Below the pieces are notes generated by a model. It did not search any database. It worked only from the letters and a program-made list of their open reading frames with translations, and had not been told where the DNA came from. A stretch of 63,649 bases of DNA, counting the filler, from Trichosphaerium sp. ATCC 40318 (lineage: Eukaryota > Protista > Tubulinea): the NCBI GenBank assembly GCA_038496445.1. It is 3 parts of 3 records of this genome, joined end to end, with 100 filler letters (N's around TTAATTAATTAA, not from the genome) between each part and the next. Parts side by side here need not be neighbours in the genome. Positions count along the whole stretch, not along the records: positions 1 to 17,192 come from JALMLS010000274.1; 2 more parts are not named here. The stretch is one strand, 5' to 3'. How positions within the stretch are numbered: the stretch's first letter is position 1; the number at the start of each line of letters is the position of its first letter. The position numbers and the translations under genes are program-made. Shown here one piece after another: positions 1 through 10,896 of this stretch.

Positions 1-257
1 CTTTGTGGTATTATACTGTGTTTTATACCATGTTTATGGTAGAATTATATATATTGCATTTTTCAGGTGAAAAAATATGGTATAAATTCGCACTTCTACT
101 GCATATTTATGGTATAATTTGGCTGTTTTATGGTATAAATCCTTTGATTTATGGTATATTATACTGGAATTTGTGGTATAAAATTGTAATCAATGGTATA
201 ATTATACCACAAATCCATGGTATCTACCATAAAAACAGCTCGAAAATTTTAGACCTG
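1..257. mobile_element. Right end of a non-autonomous CAGGTCT-TIR DNA transposon (left part outside the window)
   Basis: Near-identical (few small indels) to 9955-10217. Ends in TTTTAGACCTG, the reverse complement of the CAGGTCT(A/G)AAA terminus at 7216 and 54638. Rich in GGTATA/TATACC subterminal motifs. Confidence 0.85.
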
Positions 258-357
258 AAGTCACATGATAGTACTGTTTATCTGTTGGTCTATGGTTTTT
301 GTTGAACGTTAATTCCAACACTTAACAAATAACTTAATAGTACTACTTTCGACTGCA

Positions 358-3300
358 ATGACCTCAAGGAAGAAAAAACCACTCTATCGCCGTTTCAATG
401 CTTTGGAAGGTGCGTACTAGTACTATATGTTTCTTTTACTAGTATTTGTTGTTTTTTATTTCAAAACGCCTCTTCAATCCATGGGCGTACTACGTATGCT
501 ATGCGCTTTGGTTAAAACAACACCATATTTGAATTGGTGTGTAATTTGCGTTTGCAAAGTAGATTCTTCTTGTGCAACGCTTTAAACCATTTTTTGCTAT
601 AAAACGATATCGTTTATCCTTTTTTAATGTCTTAAAACGATATCGTTTTATGAGGGATTCACACGAGAAAACGATATCGTTTTGTGAATGACTCACATGG
701 AAAAACGATATCGTTTTATCATTTTCGGATTTTCATAAAACGATATCGTTTTTTCATGTCATAGATCATATCGGATTCTGTAAAACGATATCGTTTTTTC
801 ACTTTAGACCCTGTAAAACGATATCGTTTTTCATGATGACTGAAAACAAACTATTGTATGTACTTATGCATACATTTTAGAAGTGTTTTCAGCCTATCCA
901 AGGCAGCTTGTGGAACGTTTGGAGATACTGTCTGACGATGCTCCTCCAGATATTGAAAAACACAAAGCAGATCGGTTAAAGTCTACTGCTGAACTGCGTT
1001 TTGAGTACGTATTGATATTGTTGCTGTTGTTAATGTGTTTAAGAGCATTGGTGAGTACACCTACAGCTGTGTATGGTGTACTACCAGGAACACACATCAT
1101 GACACGAGACATAAAGAAAAGTTTGTTGAGTTCAATAGCAGAATTGAAGGAAACGCTGGCTGTACAAAACTACAACTGTGAAAAGGTACAGATGTAGTAC
1201 ATGTTTTTTTGAATCTTAGTACTTTTGTTAGGAGATTGGTGTCAAGAATGTGGAATCTTTTTTACAAAATGCTTCTGACTTGCTCGATGCTGAGTGTTGG
1301 TTTAAACCATCCTTAACAGATGTAGATGAACCATCTGATGAGGAGAAAACGATGTTTATTTATAATTTAACCACGAAAGTGGTTGTTTACCAATTGTTGT
1401 ATCATTTTGATATGTTTGAAGCAGCTTTTTGCTTCAATGATGGCACTTCTCATTATGGTTTATATGTTGCAGCGCTGCTTTTTAGAAGTTCTATTCTGGT
1501 GTCTTGTGATGTGCAATTGGATGCACTGATAGAGTACGAGCGTGTAAGTTATTTTTTTAACTTAATGTAGAGGTGCCAAAAAAAAATCGTCTTATAAGGC
1601 TGAGTTCAAAGAGATGGAGATTGAGAAAGTGCCTACCAAATTACTCAATAACATCACCATAGATGGAGACTCAAAGGTTTCAGCACATTGTGAAACCAAC
1701 ATTGAACATGATATTGTCTTTGACCGTGACTGGAGATTTTCAGATATCTCATGTTTCATCGCTATACGTGAATTTTCTGCAAGTAACTTCAAAGACAAAA
1801 TGGCGTTTAGTGAGAGAAGTAGTACGTAACTACACGTATTAATTTTATTGACACATTCAGCTACCAAAAAAATACAAGACAGATGTATGACTGTTGCTTG
1901 GCTTCCAATGGGTGATTTAACCACCATTGCAGTGATTGATGGAACACACACGAGTTTAAGTTCGCTAATGTATGCGCATGTCATATCCTGTGTAGTAATT
2001 ATGCTTAGGTCTAAAAAAACGCGTTTGGTGCAAAAGATCTCAAACATCGTATTCTCAACAGTAAACTTTTTTAACATACAGGCTGGGTTCTTTGGTCTGG
2101 TGCGAGTTGGTTCCCAAATAAACTTGTTGCAAATGCAAGTTGGTATGTGCAGTGTTGTTTTCCTGCGACTAAGTTGTTGTTAGGAAACCCAACATATTAC
2201 GATAAATTAAAAACCTTCAAGATAGAGCTAAGATGCTACATGATAACTTGGTCGCAAATACTGAAGGTTTTTCTGAGTACAAACAAGTGTGGGTTAGATT
2301 TAGTCTCAAAAATTACTTGCCTTCAGATGTTTGTATAGCGGTTCGTTATTGTTTATTTGTTTATTGTTGAGCGCAATAGGAGCTTCAAAATATTGATGAC
2401 CATTATTCTATTGGAAAAATATTGAGTGTGTTAAATTATGGGTTGATTTTAAAAGCTTCTCTCTTTCCGATTGGCATAGAACAAGAATTTAAAGAACATT
2501 GCCGAGTAGTGGAAGCGGTACAATAGCTCCTATAAACTGTCTACTAATTCATTATCCTAGAAAGAAAAAATGACTAAGAAATATGTGTATGGACATGATT
2601 ATCATTTCTATTCGCGAAATTGCTTTGCTAAAAACATAACAGCAAGACTACAGGCACGTTTAATTATCAACGTTGCGTTCACTTACTTGGAGTAGTTGAT
2701 GAAAGCGATTACTGGTGAGTATTTTACTAGCAATCCAAATAAAGGACAAGCAAAAAACTTTATGAATGCTGTAAAAGCACTTACTACAGTACGTTGAATG
2801 CACTTTAGCACCAACTGATAAGTGATAGATACAAGAATTATGCAAAAAAAACAACTTGACTGATCCACTCAAAAAGACAAACTGTGCCTTGTTCCGTGAC
2901 TTGAAAAGCTTCAATTTGAATCTGTTGTTTGGAAAGAAAAACTATTCTAATTCGCTTTTTCCAAAAATACTACTCTTTTGGAAACCTCAAGCAGTTGCTT
3001 GCAGTCCATTAATAACAAAGTGTTTAGAAAGACTGTATTCTGCAAACAAGGTTCTCAAAATAGGCATGTAATTGTGATCAATCACATACTTATAGTTTTT
3101 TAGTGGCAACTTTGCATGTCAAGTATGAACGTCTTCCAGACTCTATCAAACCTTGTGAGAACCATACGTTGACTCCTAGCGCAGTTAAGGAAAAAAAACA
3201 GGAAGCTGAAGAACTTAAAAGACAAAGAGAAGCGGACGAACAAGAATCACTAATTCGTAAAGAAGCTGAAAGCACGATGAAAAATGCAAGTAAGCAAGAA

Positions 3301-4690
3301 AAAGATGAAGATAGCAGTGAAAGTATGCCAAAAGTAGATAATACAACAAATACTTAACTGTTTAGGTTTCGGTCTCCGTCCTGGTGATATTACGCCTATG
3401 AGTATTTCCAGTGATTCCGATGAAGATGTGGATGCAGTCAAAAACAAGAACGTTGGCAAGAAAAATAGCAATGACGAAGACGCTGCAAACAATAACGAAG
3501 TCAAAGGCAAAGCAGGCGCCAGTAACGAAACAAGTGTCAATGACAAAACAGGCGCCGATAACGAAACGATTGCGGATAACAAAACAGCTGTTGGCAACAA
3601 AACAAAAGCCGATGACGAAGCAGGTGCTGATAACAAAAGTGCCGATAATGAAACAGGTGTCGGCAATAAAGCAAAAGCCGATGACGAAGCAGGTACCGAG
3701 GACAAAGCGGGTGCGAGTAATGAAGCAGGTACCGAGGACAAGGCGGGTGCGAATAATGAAGCAGGTACCAAGGACAAAGCAAGTGCGGATAATGAAACAG
3801 CTGCTGCCAACAAAACAAAAGCTGATGACAAAACAAGCGCTGGTAATGAAGGTGTTGGTAGCAAAACCCACGTCAGACGTCATGATAATGTCACAACTGT
3901 TGATGAAAACGCAGGTGCTGGAAAAGGCGACAGCACAGGTGTTGGTAATGGAACAGAAGTTACACATGTTCATGAAGGTGATGATGCTATGAGTGTTGAC
4001 TTGTTTGATGAGAATGTAAATGGTACAATTATTACTTACAGGAAAAATGCTAATGAATACAATACAGATGGCGATAACACAGTAATTGAAGGAGTTTCTA
4101 CCCCGCGTACTGTCAAATTCAGCGGCTTAGAGATTCAAAAACTTACAGAAGGTACCTCTGCTTTATTTTATTGATCACTAATGAATACTAGGAGACCTTG
4201 ATTCCATAACTGTGGGCTCAAATAGTGATTTTGATTACTTTCTTTTTAAAGTTCCAAAAGACACATTTGTTGACGGTGAAAATTACATTGATTTGACACA
4301 AACAATTGAACCACTGAAACTTGATTTGGACTCTCAAACTGGATTAGGCTTTCCTACTGACAGTGGTTAGTTGAATAGTCAATATCATAACACATTGACT
4401 TATATTAGAGCCTTTGGATTCATTGATGACCAGCTCTCCAGCAATCAGTCCAGTGCAACCAAAAAGAGTGTGATAAGATTTTTCAGAAATTCAATTTTAT
4501 TTAACAAAAGTATTAGGGAACAGATACACGTGGTAAAAGAGCAAGTCCAAATCAAAGATCTAATGACAACCAATTAACACCTAGAAAACGTGGCTTATCT
4601 CCATCAGCTAAAAAACCTAAGGCTAAAAAACCAAAGATTACAGTACCTAGACGTTCAGGTAGAGCACGTAAAAAAGCCAATAGAAATTAA
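358..4690 (+). CDS. Multi-exon hypothetical protein (transposon-associated partner gene) with an acidic repeat region and a basic C-terminus
   Basis: ATG at 358. Introns 410-442 and 494-880 join MTSRKKKPLYRRFNALE-VFVVFYFKTPLQSMGVL-QVFSAYPRQL in frame. ORF-track pieces 883, 1250, 1614, 1848, 2147, 2856, 3103 and 3398 are bounded by GT..AG. Last exon ends KRGLSPSAKKPKAKKPKITVPRRSGRARKKANRN* (TAA 4688-4690). Middle exons around 2270-2700 not fully resolved. Confidence 0.7.
601..830. repeat. Interspaced array of 7 palindromes AAAACGATATCGTTTT with non-identical spacers, inside intron 494-880
   Basis: Copies start at 601, 634, 668, 702, 737, 782 and 815 (periods 33, 34, 34, 35, 45, 33). The first copy has one T fewer. 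Confidence 0.95.
3470..3910 (+). repeat. Coding 18-bp (6-aa) degenerate tandem repeat
   Basis: ORF 3398-4174 shows units such as ADNETG, ADDEAG, TEDKAG and ASNEAG. This explains the overlapping shadow ORFs in other frames. Confidence 0.85.
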
Positions 4691-7600
4691 TATCTCGGAA
4701 TTCGATTCAAAACACTGCTTGTACTAATAAAAGCAGTCATATCTTCATTTGCTAATGTTTGCATTCTTTCTTGATTATCTTCAGACACTTGTTCTTGCAC
4801 TTCATAAGCTTCTATAGCTCTTGCATTTTCTAAAGACAATGTAGCCAATGGCTCTTGTATAAATTCTGACCACACCATTGCTTCTTTTGGTGGTGTATAT
4901 TCTGTTGAACCATCATAATCTTCAGGTTTAGGATACAAACTGTCTTCAGAAGTGTCCAAACCATATCTATTTGCTAACAAATAAATATCTATTGCTTTTT
5001 TGGGATTGATTTTCAAGCGAACTTCTTTGTAACTGCCATGAGACTTTTTACCATACAAATATGGCAAACTATTAAAAGACACAGATGGTGGTTCACGATC
5101 ATCCACATAATGCATATTAAATATTCTAGATCTTTCTTTACCAGCATGCATTTCATGCTCTGTAATCATGTGTACTCTGCCATGTGTGCTTTTAATTATT
5201 CTTTGAAAAATAAGTAAAAGTGATGGGAAAATTGGTTACCTAATAATTGCAGCATTTGTCATTGCTTTGCCTCTATTCACTTTATTTATGTCTTTGGAAG
5301 GTTTTCTGAAACCAGCAACAAACTCTTTAGTAGCTCTAAACCTATTTTGTTCCATTTTAACTCCCACAACACTAGGCCCAGAAGCAGTAAACAATTCTTG
5401 AACATCATTCATAGAAATTAAACATCTACACACATTACGATTGTTTAGCTATCCATAAGCAGCATACCTTTTTTTCAATTTGTTTCGTACTACTCCAAAA
5501 GCTCTATCATTAGGTAAAAATGTGTGGCCAATACGTAGATAGTTCAAGGTAACTTCTTGAAACACATTTTTATATACTAAGTGACAATAAAAAAATATCA
5601 ATTCCCAACATTTGTTTTGAGAGGTACAATTATCTGCCCAAACAATCAGAAAACGTTTTCTGTTTATACCAGCCAAATGTCTAACAAACATTAAAACTAT
5701 TATAAATAATTGATAGTGCCTGTACAACACTGCAATAGTGTCTTGAATAGTTCTTCTTGCTTCATATTCATTCCAATGATAGCAAAAAGTCTTTTTTTGA
5801 TCACAATCATAAATACCACAAGTTTGCACTGCCAAAGCTCTAACTTACATTAAACAAACCTCTAAATCTTGTGTACCTTAAGTAGTATTGAATTTGAGGT
5901 TGATCTGCCAATTTAGGCATGCTAAGCATTTGCATATAATCGATACTAATAACTGATGAATTATGTCTTTTCCACATGTTATATTGATGCCATGTAGGGT
6001 AATAAACATCCTTATTAAATAATGATAACTCATGAAATAAAGGAATTTGTTCAAGGCCCTTCCATGATACTAGTGCATTCATCTCTTTTGTAGCTTCATT
6101 CACAGTAGTCATCAAAATAGCATTTACTTCAAACTCTTCATTTGAATCTTCATCTTCTTCATATTCATAACTTAGTTGATTTTCATACCAATGATCTTCT
6201 TTTTGAGCACTCCAAAAACATTCTGTGTCAGCAATATCTCTCATGTTAACATCAAAATACAACCAATTTGGAAGTAAATAGACATTTTGCTCATTTTGCA
6301 ATCGCAATTTGGATTGCATATCATACCGCATAAACTCTGATCTTCTTTCAGCAATACGAATGTGAGTATCATGTTCTAAATGTAATTGATCTCTATCTGC
6401 TTTTCTTAAAGTCCTATCTCCAAAGCGGCACTTATACCAAAAGCAAATATTGCATACATCTTCTCTACTACAGCCAAACTTGTACTTTCCAGCAGTTTCT
6501 TTTTTGAAATATCTACAAAACCAGTCAATTTTTATTGTATGTAATTCTTATACTTGTGATGTACCTGCGAAAAGTGCTTTGGGAAACTACATTATCTTTA
6601 CTCACACCTTCAACCTTTTTTGCATACAAATCATCATTTGATGATATAAACTCATCATAAATTGTTTGCAACGTCAAACCTTGTTTGAAGAAGAACACCA
6701 ATTTATGTTTTGCTATGGCATAGTGTGATCTTTCTACCTTAGTACAAATTATAAACTTAATATTACTTATGTACATACTATGTAGTTTGAGATATGCTCA
6801 CTTATCTTGTTTTGAATGCTCACAGACTTTCTATAATGTATAAGAAATTTGAATAAAACCAATAATATTTGCATCGTAAAACGATGACGTTTTACAATGC
6901 AAGTACACTCTAAAACGATGACGTTTTACAATGCAAGTACACTCTAAAACGATGACGTTTTACAATGCAAGTACACTCTAAAACGATGACGTTTTACAAT
7001 GCAAGTACACTCTAAAACGATGACGTTTTACGATGCAAGTACATTCTAAAACGATGACGTTTTACGATGCAAGTACACTCTAAAACGATGACGTTTTACA
7101 GTATAAATACGTCCTAAAACGATATCGTTTTACAGTATAAATATGCTCTAAAACGATATCGTTTTATGACACACAATACCTCTAAAACGATATCGTTTTA
7201 CGGCATAACATCAATCAGGTCTGAAAATTATCATGGTATTATACCGTATTTTATGGTATAATCACCTTTTATGGTACAAGCTCAGTATAATCCATAATTA
7301 TACCATATAATTATACCATAAAATATGGTATAATACCATGTTTTTTGGACAAATGGTATAACAGCCATTATACCATGTTTATACCATATTTCAATTTATA
7401 GAATATAATTATACCATAAAACATGGTACTATACCATGGTATTATACTGCATTTTAAAGTATATTATACCATGCATTATACCATATAATTATACCATAAA
7501 ACACAGTATTATACCATGGTATTATACTGCATTTTACAGTATTGTATACCGTGCATTATACCATATAATTATACCATAAAACACGGTATTATACCATGGT

Positions 7601-10600
7601 ATTATACTGTATTTTACAGTATTGTATACCGTGCATTATACCATATAATTATACCATAAAATGTGGTATTATACCATGGTATTATACCATATAAGTATAA
7701 GTTAGTCCTCACTTGGTCTATACTTGATTTAATAGCCTTTGGCCCTACGCAAACGCCATACCACACAATGCTTTGACAGTAGCCGTTATTGAACATAATT
7801 GGCATATAAATGTGTGAAAAACAGTTTTAAGAGAGAAATCTGGTAACGCGCCCCAATTGCGGGCGTTTTAGGGATAAATTGGCCAATTTTCTCCAATTGA
7901 CAGTATTTGAGGAAGAAACCACTCCACATACCCCATGTTAGAACGCTACAGTGGTAGACACACCAAAAACGCGTTTAGCACTTGAAAAATGCCCATTCGC
8001 AAAAAACCTCCAGTTGGAGGTTTTTTTCCCCGGCTCTCATTTTTTTCTCCCCTCCATAGGCATTTTTACACTCAATCAACGCCATACAGCCTCATTTACC
8101 AAATCAGGAGCAAAATTATTTATTTTTTTTTGACATTTTTGATATACACTCCAATGCATGTTAAAACGCGTGAATAGTGCTATAAGGCCAAGTTGTTTCA
8201 GAGCCTACCCATTTTTTGAGTTTTTTGGTTTTTTTTGGATTTTTTTGGATTTTTTTGAATTTTTCCCTACTAAACGCCCGCATTTGCCAGAACAGATAGC
8301 ATTTAGGCTTCACACCCATGCGTTGACCTTACGAGTGATATTGTAAACCAATTGGCTAAGTCAGAGCACAAAACTAAGTCTTGTCCAGTTTATTGCCCGC
8401 ACAACACAAGGTACGCTAACAGTAGTAAAATAGAAATGGGAATTTTTAAGTAATCCACCCTGTTTTCCTATGGGAAAAGTAGACGGAAAAACTCTTCCTT
8501 AATTCCCATTGAATTTATATGAAATTCCGTAAGTATTACTCATAGAATTCTTAGAGTATTACTTTTGGAATTGCGTATGTATTTTATATAGAATTCTCTA
8601 TGTATTCTTTATAGCATTTCTTAATGTATTTTTTGTAGATTTCAATAAAAAATACTTTATAACTTACACAAAATATTATTCGATACTTTGGTTCAGATTT
8701 AATGCAATGTCATTTTATTTATTGATCATTACAAAATACAAACATCCTAAATAATACGTACAAGTTAAATACATCGTGTCTTCATAAACAAAAGAAGTAA
8801 TTTGATCGCATTTGGTTTTGAGAGCCTGAACAATAATTAATGTGTTTGTAAACGCTAAATTAAGAACGCGTAGGGTTTTTTGATAAATTAAGTGGAAATA
8901 AGCTTTAAAAACAACATACTTGGAGTTAATGCTTTAAATACATTCTTTAATGGTGTAATAAGGCTGTTGCAATGCTTTAATCATCCTAAAACAGATAAGT
9001 AAGAGATATTTATGTTTAAGTGATTTTCCAAACCACCTAAAACGCGTTCTCCGTTACTTTTTGGATTAACACACTTTAACCTGTACCATTGGCTTTTTCA
9101 CCTTTAATAATAGCATGTGGATATTGTTCGCTAGAAAAACCTATGTACCTAAGGTGTCGATGGTTTTTTGCAAATATAAAACTAAACCCTAACCCTAACT
9201 TAATTTGTACTTTCAAAAACCTCAACCCTAGCCCTAACCCTAACCCTAACTAAATTAGTACATTATTTGGTGGATTTTGTACAATAATTCTGAAAATTCT
9301 GTATTTAAGGGAATATTATGGTAATTCTATCAAAAATCCTGCCATAAAAAAAAATAAAAATAAGAATTCTTCACAAATTACCTTAAAAATCCCTAAAACA
9401 AAGGAATTTAGTGGGATTTATATCCAAAATCCCGTTTTCATTTTACCACTGAAAAGTAGTTGTTTTGAAGCCGCTTGCCATAGGTTTTAACCAAGCTAAA
9501 TAGATGATAAAAAAAAAACCAAGATGTGTTAGCTAACAGGTACGATTCCGCTAGAACTTGTTTCCGATGAAGTTGGCAGTTATTTTCATTTCTTTGTTTT
9601 AATCTTGGTTTGGCTCCACCACACAGGTCATTTGTTACTCCCAGTGCTGCCACCACAACAAAACAGCAATTTTTGTACGACTATTTATTTTGTGCATCAA
9701 GCCTTCACTAATTCTTCTTCTAGTTTTCATGCTATGTCCATTCGATGCACTTACAGCAAGTACAATATTTTTTTTGAAGGTTATTTGATGTGTCAACTAC
9801 CACAAAAGAGGATATGGACAAAACCAAAGGTCACGGATGTAAACAAAAAAATGTATTAATAAATGTGGTTTTATTATTAGAACAGTTTTTACACGGTATA
9901 ATACACTTGGTTTTGTGGTATAATCTACCAAGTTTTAAGGTATAATATACCAGACTTTGTGGTATTATACTGTGTTTTATACCATGTTTTATGGTAGAAT
10001 TATACCATATATTGCATTTTTTCAGGTGAAAAAATATGGTATAAATTCGCACTTTCTACTGCATATTTATGGTATAATTTGGCTGTTTTATGGTATAAAT
10101 CCTTTGATTTATGGTATATTATACTGGAATTTGTGGTATAAAATTGTAATCAATGGTATAATTATACCACAAATCCATGGTATCTACCATAAAAACAGCT
10201 CGAGAATTTTAGACCTGATTAAACGTTTAATGGTACCTATGTGGTCGATTGTTGTGTTTGCCTCTGTTATCAAAAGGTATAGAACAGTTGGTTTCTTTGA
10301 AACAGTGCATTGTTTTCATACTTTGTGTAGTCAAATGATGCACGTTCATGAAAAACTGTTTACACACTTGTTGTCGTAAATCTCCATAATAGTGTATGTA
10401 GTAATTCCATTTTGACACGTTTGGATTGAGGCTAGATGCTTTTTTGGAAAAAAACAACATTAGATATTTGCGTTTTTCAAGGTGGTTCATTGAAAACACC
10501 AAAAATTGCAAAAAATACAAATAATTTCGGTTGTATTTTTTGTAGCACTCTTTTTTGCAATTGCATCGTTCGATTGTAAATGATTTTGCAATGAAAGCTG

Positions 10601-10748
10601 CAAATTGCAAATCATGAGGGTAATGGGGCAACAGTGCGTTTATGAATACAGTTGCATCATCTGCACCTGTTTTTGCAATAATCAGCTTGGTAGCATTAAT
10701 GCTACCCCATTCCTTCACAACAGCTTTTACAGCATCAGATAGCTTCAT
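4687..10748 (-). CDS. Sola1-like DDE transposase, 8 exons, 799 aa when spliced
   Basis: Exons 10748-10237, 6830-6779, 6737-6565, 6512-5877, 5839-5726, 5680-5468, 5425-5240 and 5200-4687 all have GT-AG introns and total 2400 nt with no internal stop. Motifs: CNCKKEC, VCKQFF, DNRGKHNNRPHR..EHI..ERSHY, DVCNIC, SIDYMQ..P..YYLR, WADNCTSQNK, GHTFLPNDRAFG, LY..INPKKAIDI. These match Sola1-type transposases as I recall them. Confidence 0.85.
6877..7200. repeat. Ten-unit 34-bp array: TAAAACGAT(GA/AT)CGTTTTA palindrome plus 16-bp spacer, inside transposase intron 1
   Basis: AAAACG starts at 6878, 6912, 6946, 6980, 7014, 7048, 7082, 7116, 7150 and 7184. The first 7 have an ATGA core, and the first six spacers are near-identical. 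The last 3 have the perfect ATAT core, and spacers at that end diverge. Confidence 0.95.
7404..7690. repeat. 80-bp subterminal tandem repeat (~3.5 copies)
   Basis: ATACCATAAA recurs at 7411, 7491, 7571 and 7651 with conserved intervening sequence. Confidence 0.9.
7856..8290. repeat. Imperfect inverted repeat pair, possible nested MITE
   Basis: ATTGCGGGCGTTTTAGGGATAAATT (~7856-7880) versus the reverse complement of AATTTTTCCCTACTAAACGCCCGCATTT (~8258-8285). TSD not identified. Confidence 0.45.
8420..9451. mobile_element. Nested non-autonomous TIR element, CAG...CTG ends, 2-bp TSD AA
   Basis: Left end CAGTAGTAAAATAGAAATGGGAATTTT versus right-end reverse complement CAGTGGTAAAATGAAAACGGGATTTT. 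Flanks ctAA|CAG and CTG|AAaag. Confidence 0.75.
9184..9250 (+). repeat. Two short clusters of telomere-like TAACCC repeats
   Basis: AAACCCTAACCCTAAC at ~9184-9199 and AACCCTAGCCCTAACCCTAACCCTAAC at ~9224-9250. Confidence 0.8.
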
Positions 10749-10896
10749 TTTTCTTATTCTGTGCTGTTTCCTACATACTATATTTCATTTCTATTAAGCA
10801 TGTACTGTGACCATAACTTAACAAAGCATGTGGTTGATTTCAGTAATATATTTTTATTTTTTTTGACATATTTATGTTATGTTCTTTCTGAACAAG

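Larger units (their letters stand above)
7216..10217. mobile_element. Non-autonomous TIR element (CAGGTCTGAAAATT...AATTTTAGACCTG), 2-bp TSD AT, 3.0 kb
   Basis: Flanks tcaAT|CAGGTCT and AGACCTG|ATtaa. Long subterminal arrays of GGTAT(T/A)ATACC palindromes at both ends. No transposase ORF. Confidence 0.88.

Noticed and set aside
3-305. Tyr/Ile-rich ORFs at 3-305, 9831-10379, 54754-54978 and 55186-55653
   Set aside because: Translations of GGTATA/TATACC subterminal repeats, not genes.
798-814. Spacer TTCACTTTAGACCCTGT resembles the TIR end TTTTAGACCTG
   Set aside because: Only an 8-bp exact match, which is too short to distinguish from chance in AT-rich DNA. Worth revisiting only if small RNAs are found.
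1930-1955. VIDGTH read as a PIF/Harbinger transposase motif
   Set aside because: No other Harbinger DDE motifs are recognisable in the flanking exons.
3250-3992. Overlapping long ORFs in several frames
   Set aside because: Shadow ORFs of the 18-bp coding repeat in 3398-4174.
601-7200. Calling the palindrome arrays CRISPR
   Set aside because: Eukaryotic intronic context, repeats and spacers shorter than in CRISPR, no cas genes, and the second array has duplicated spacers.
1-10217. Direct repeats 1-257 and 9955-10217 read as LTRs of a 10-kb element
   Set aside because: The second copy pairs with a left TIR at 7216 and a 2-bp TSD, so both are right ends of separate TIR insertions. No RT lies between them.
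7216-10217. Idea that the Sola-like transposase mobilises the CAGGTCT elements
   Set aside because: Sola elements make 4-bp TSDs whereas these show 2-bp TSDs, and their subterminal motifs differ from the CGATATCG arrays.
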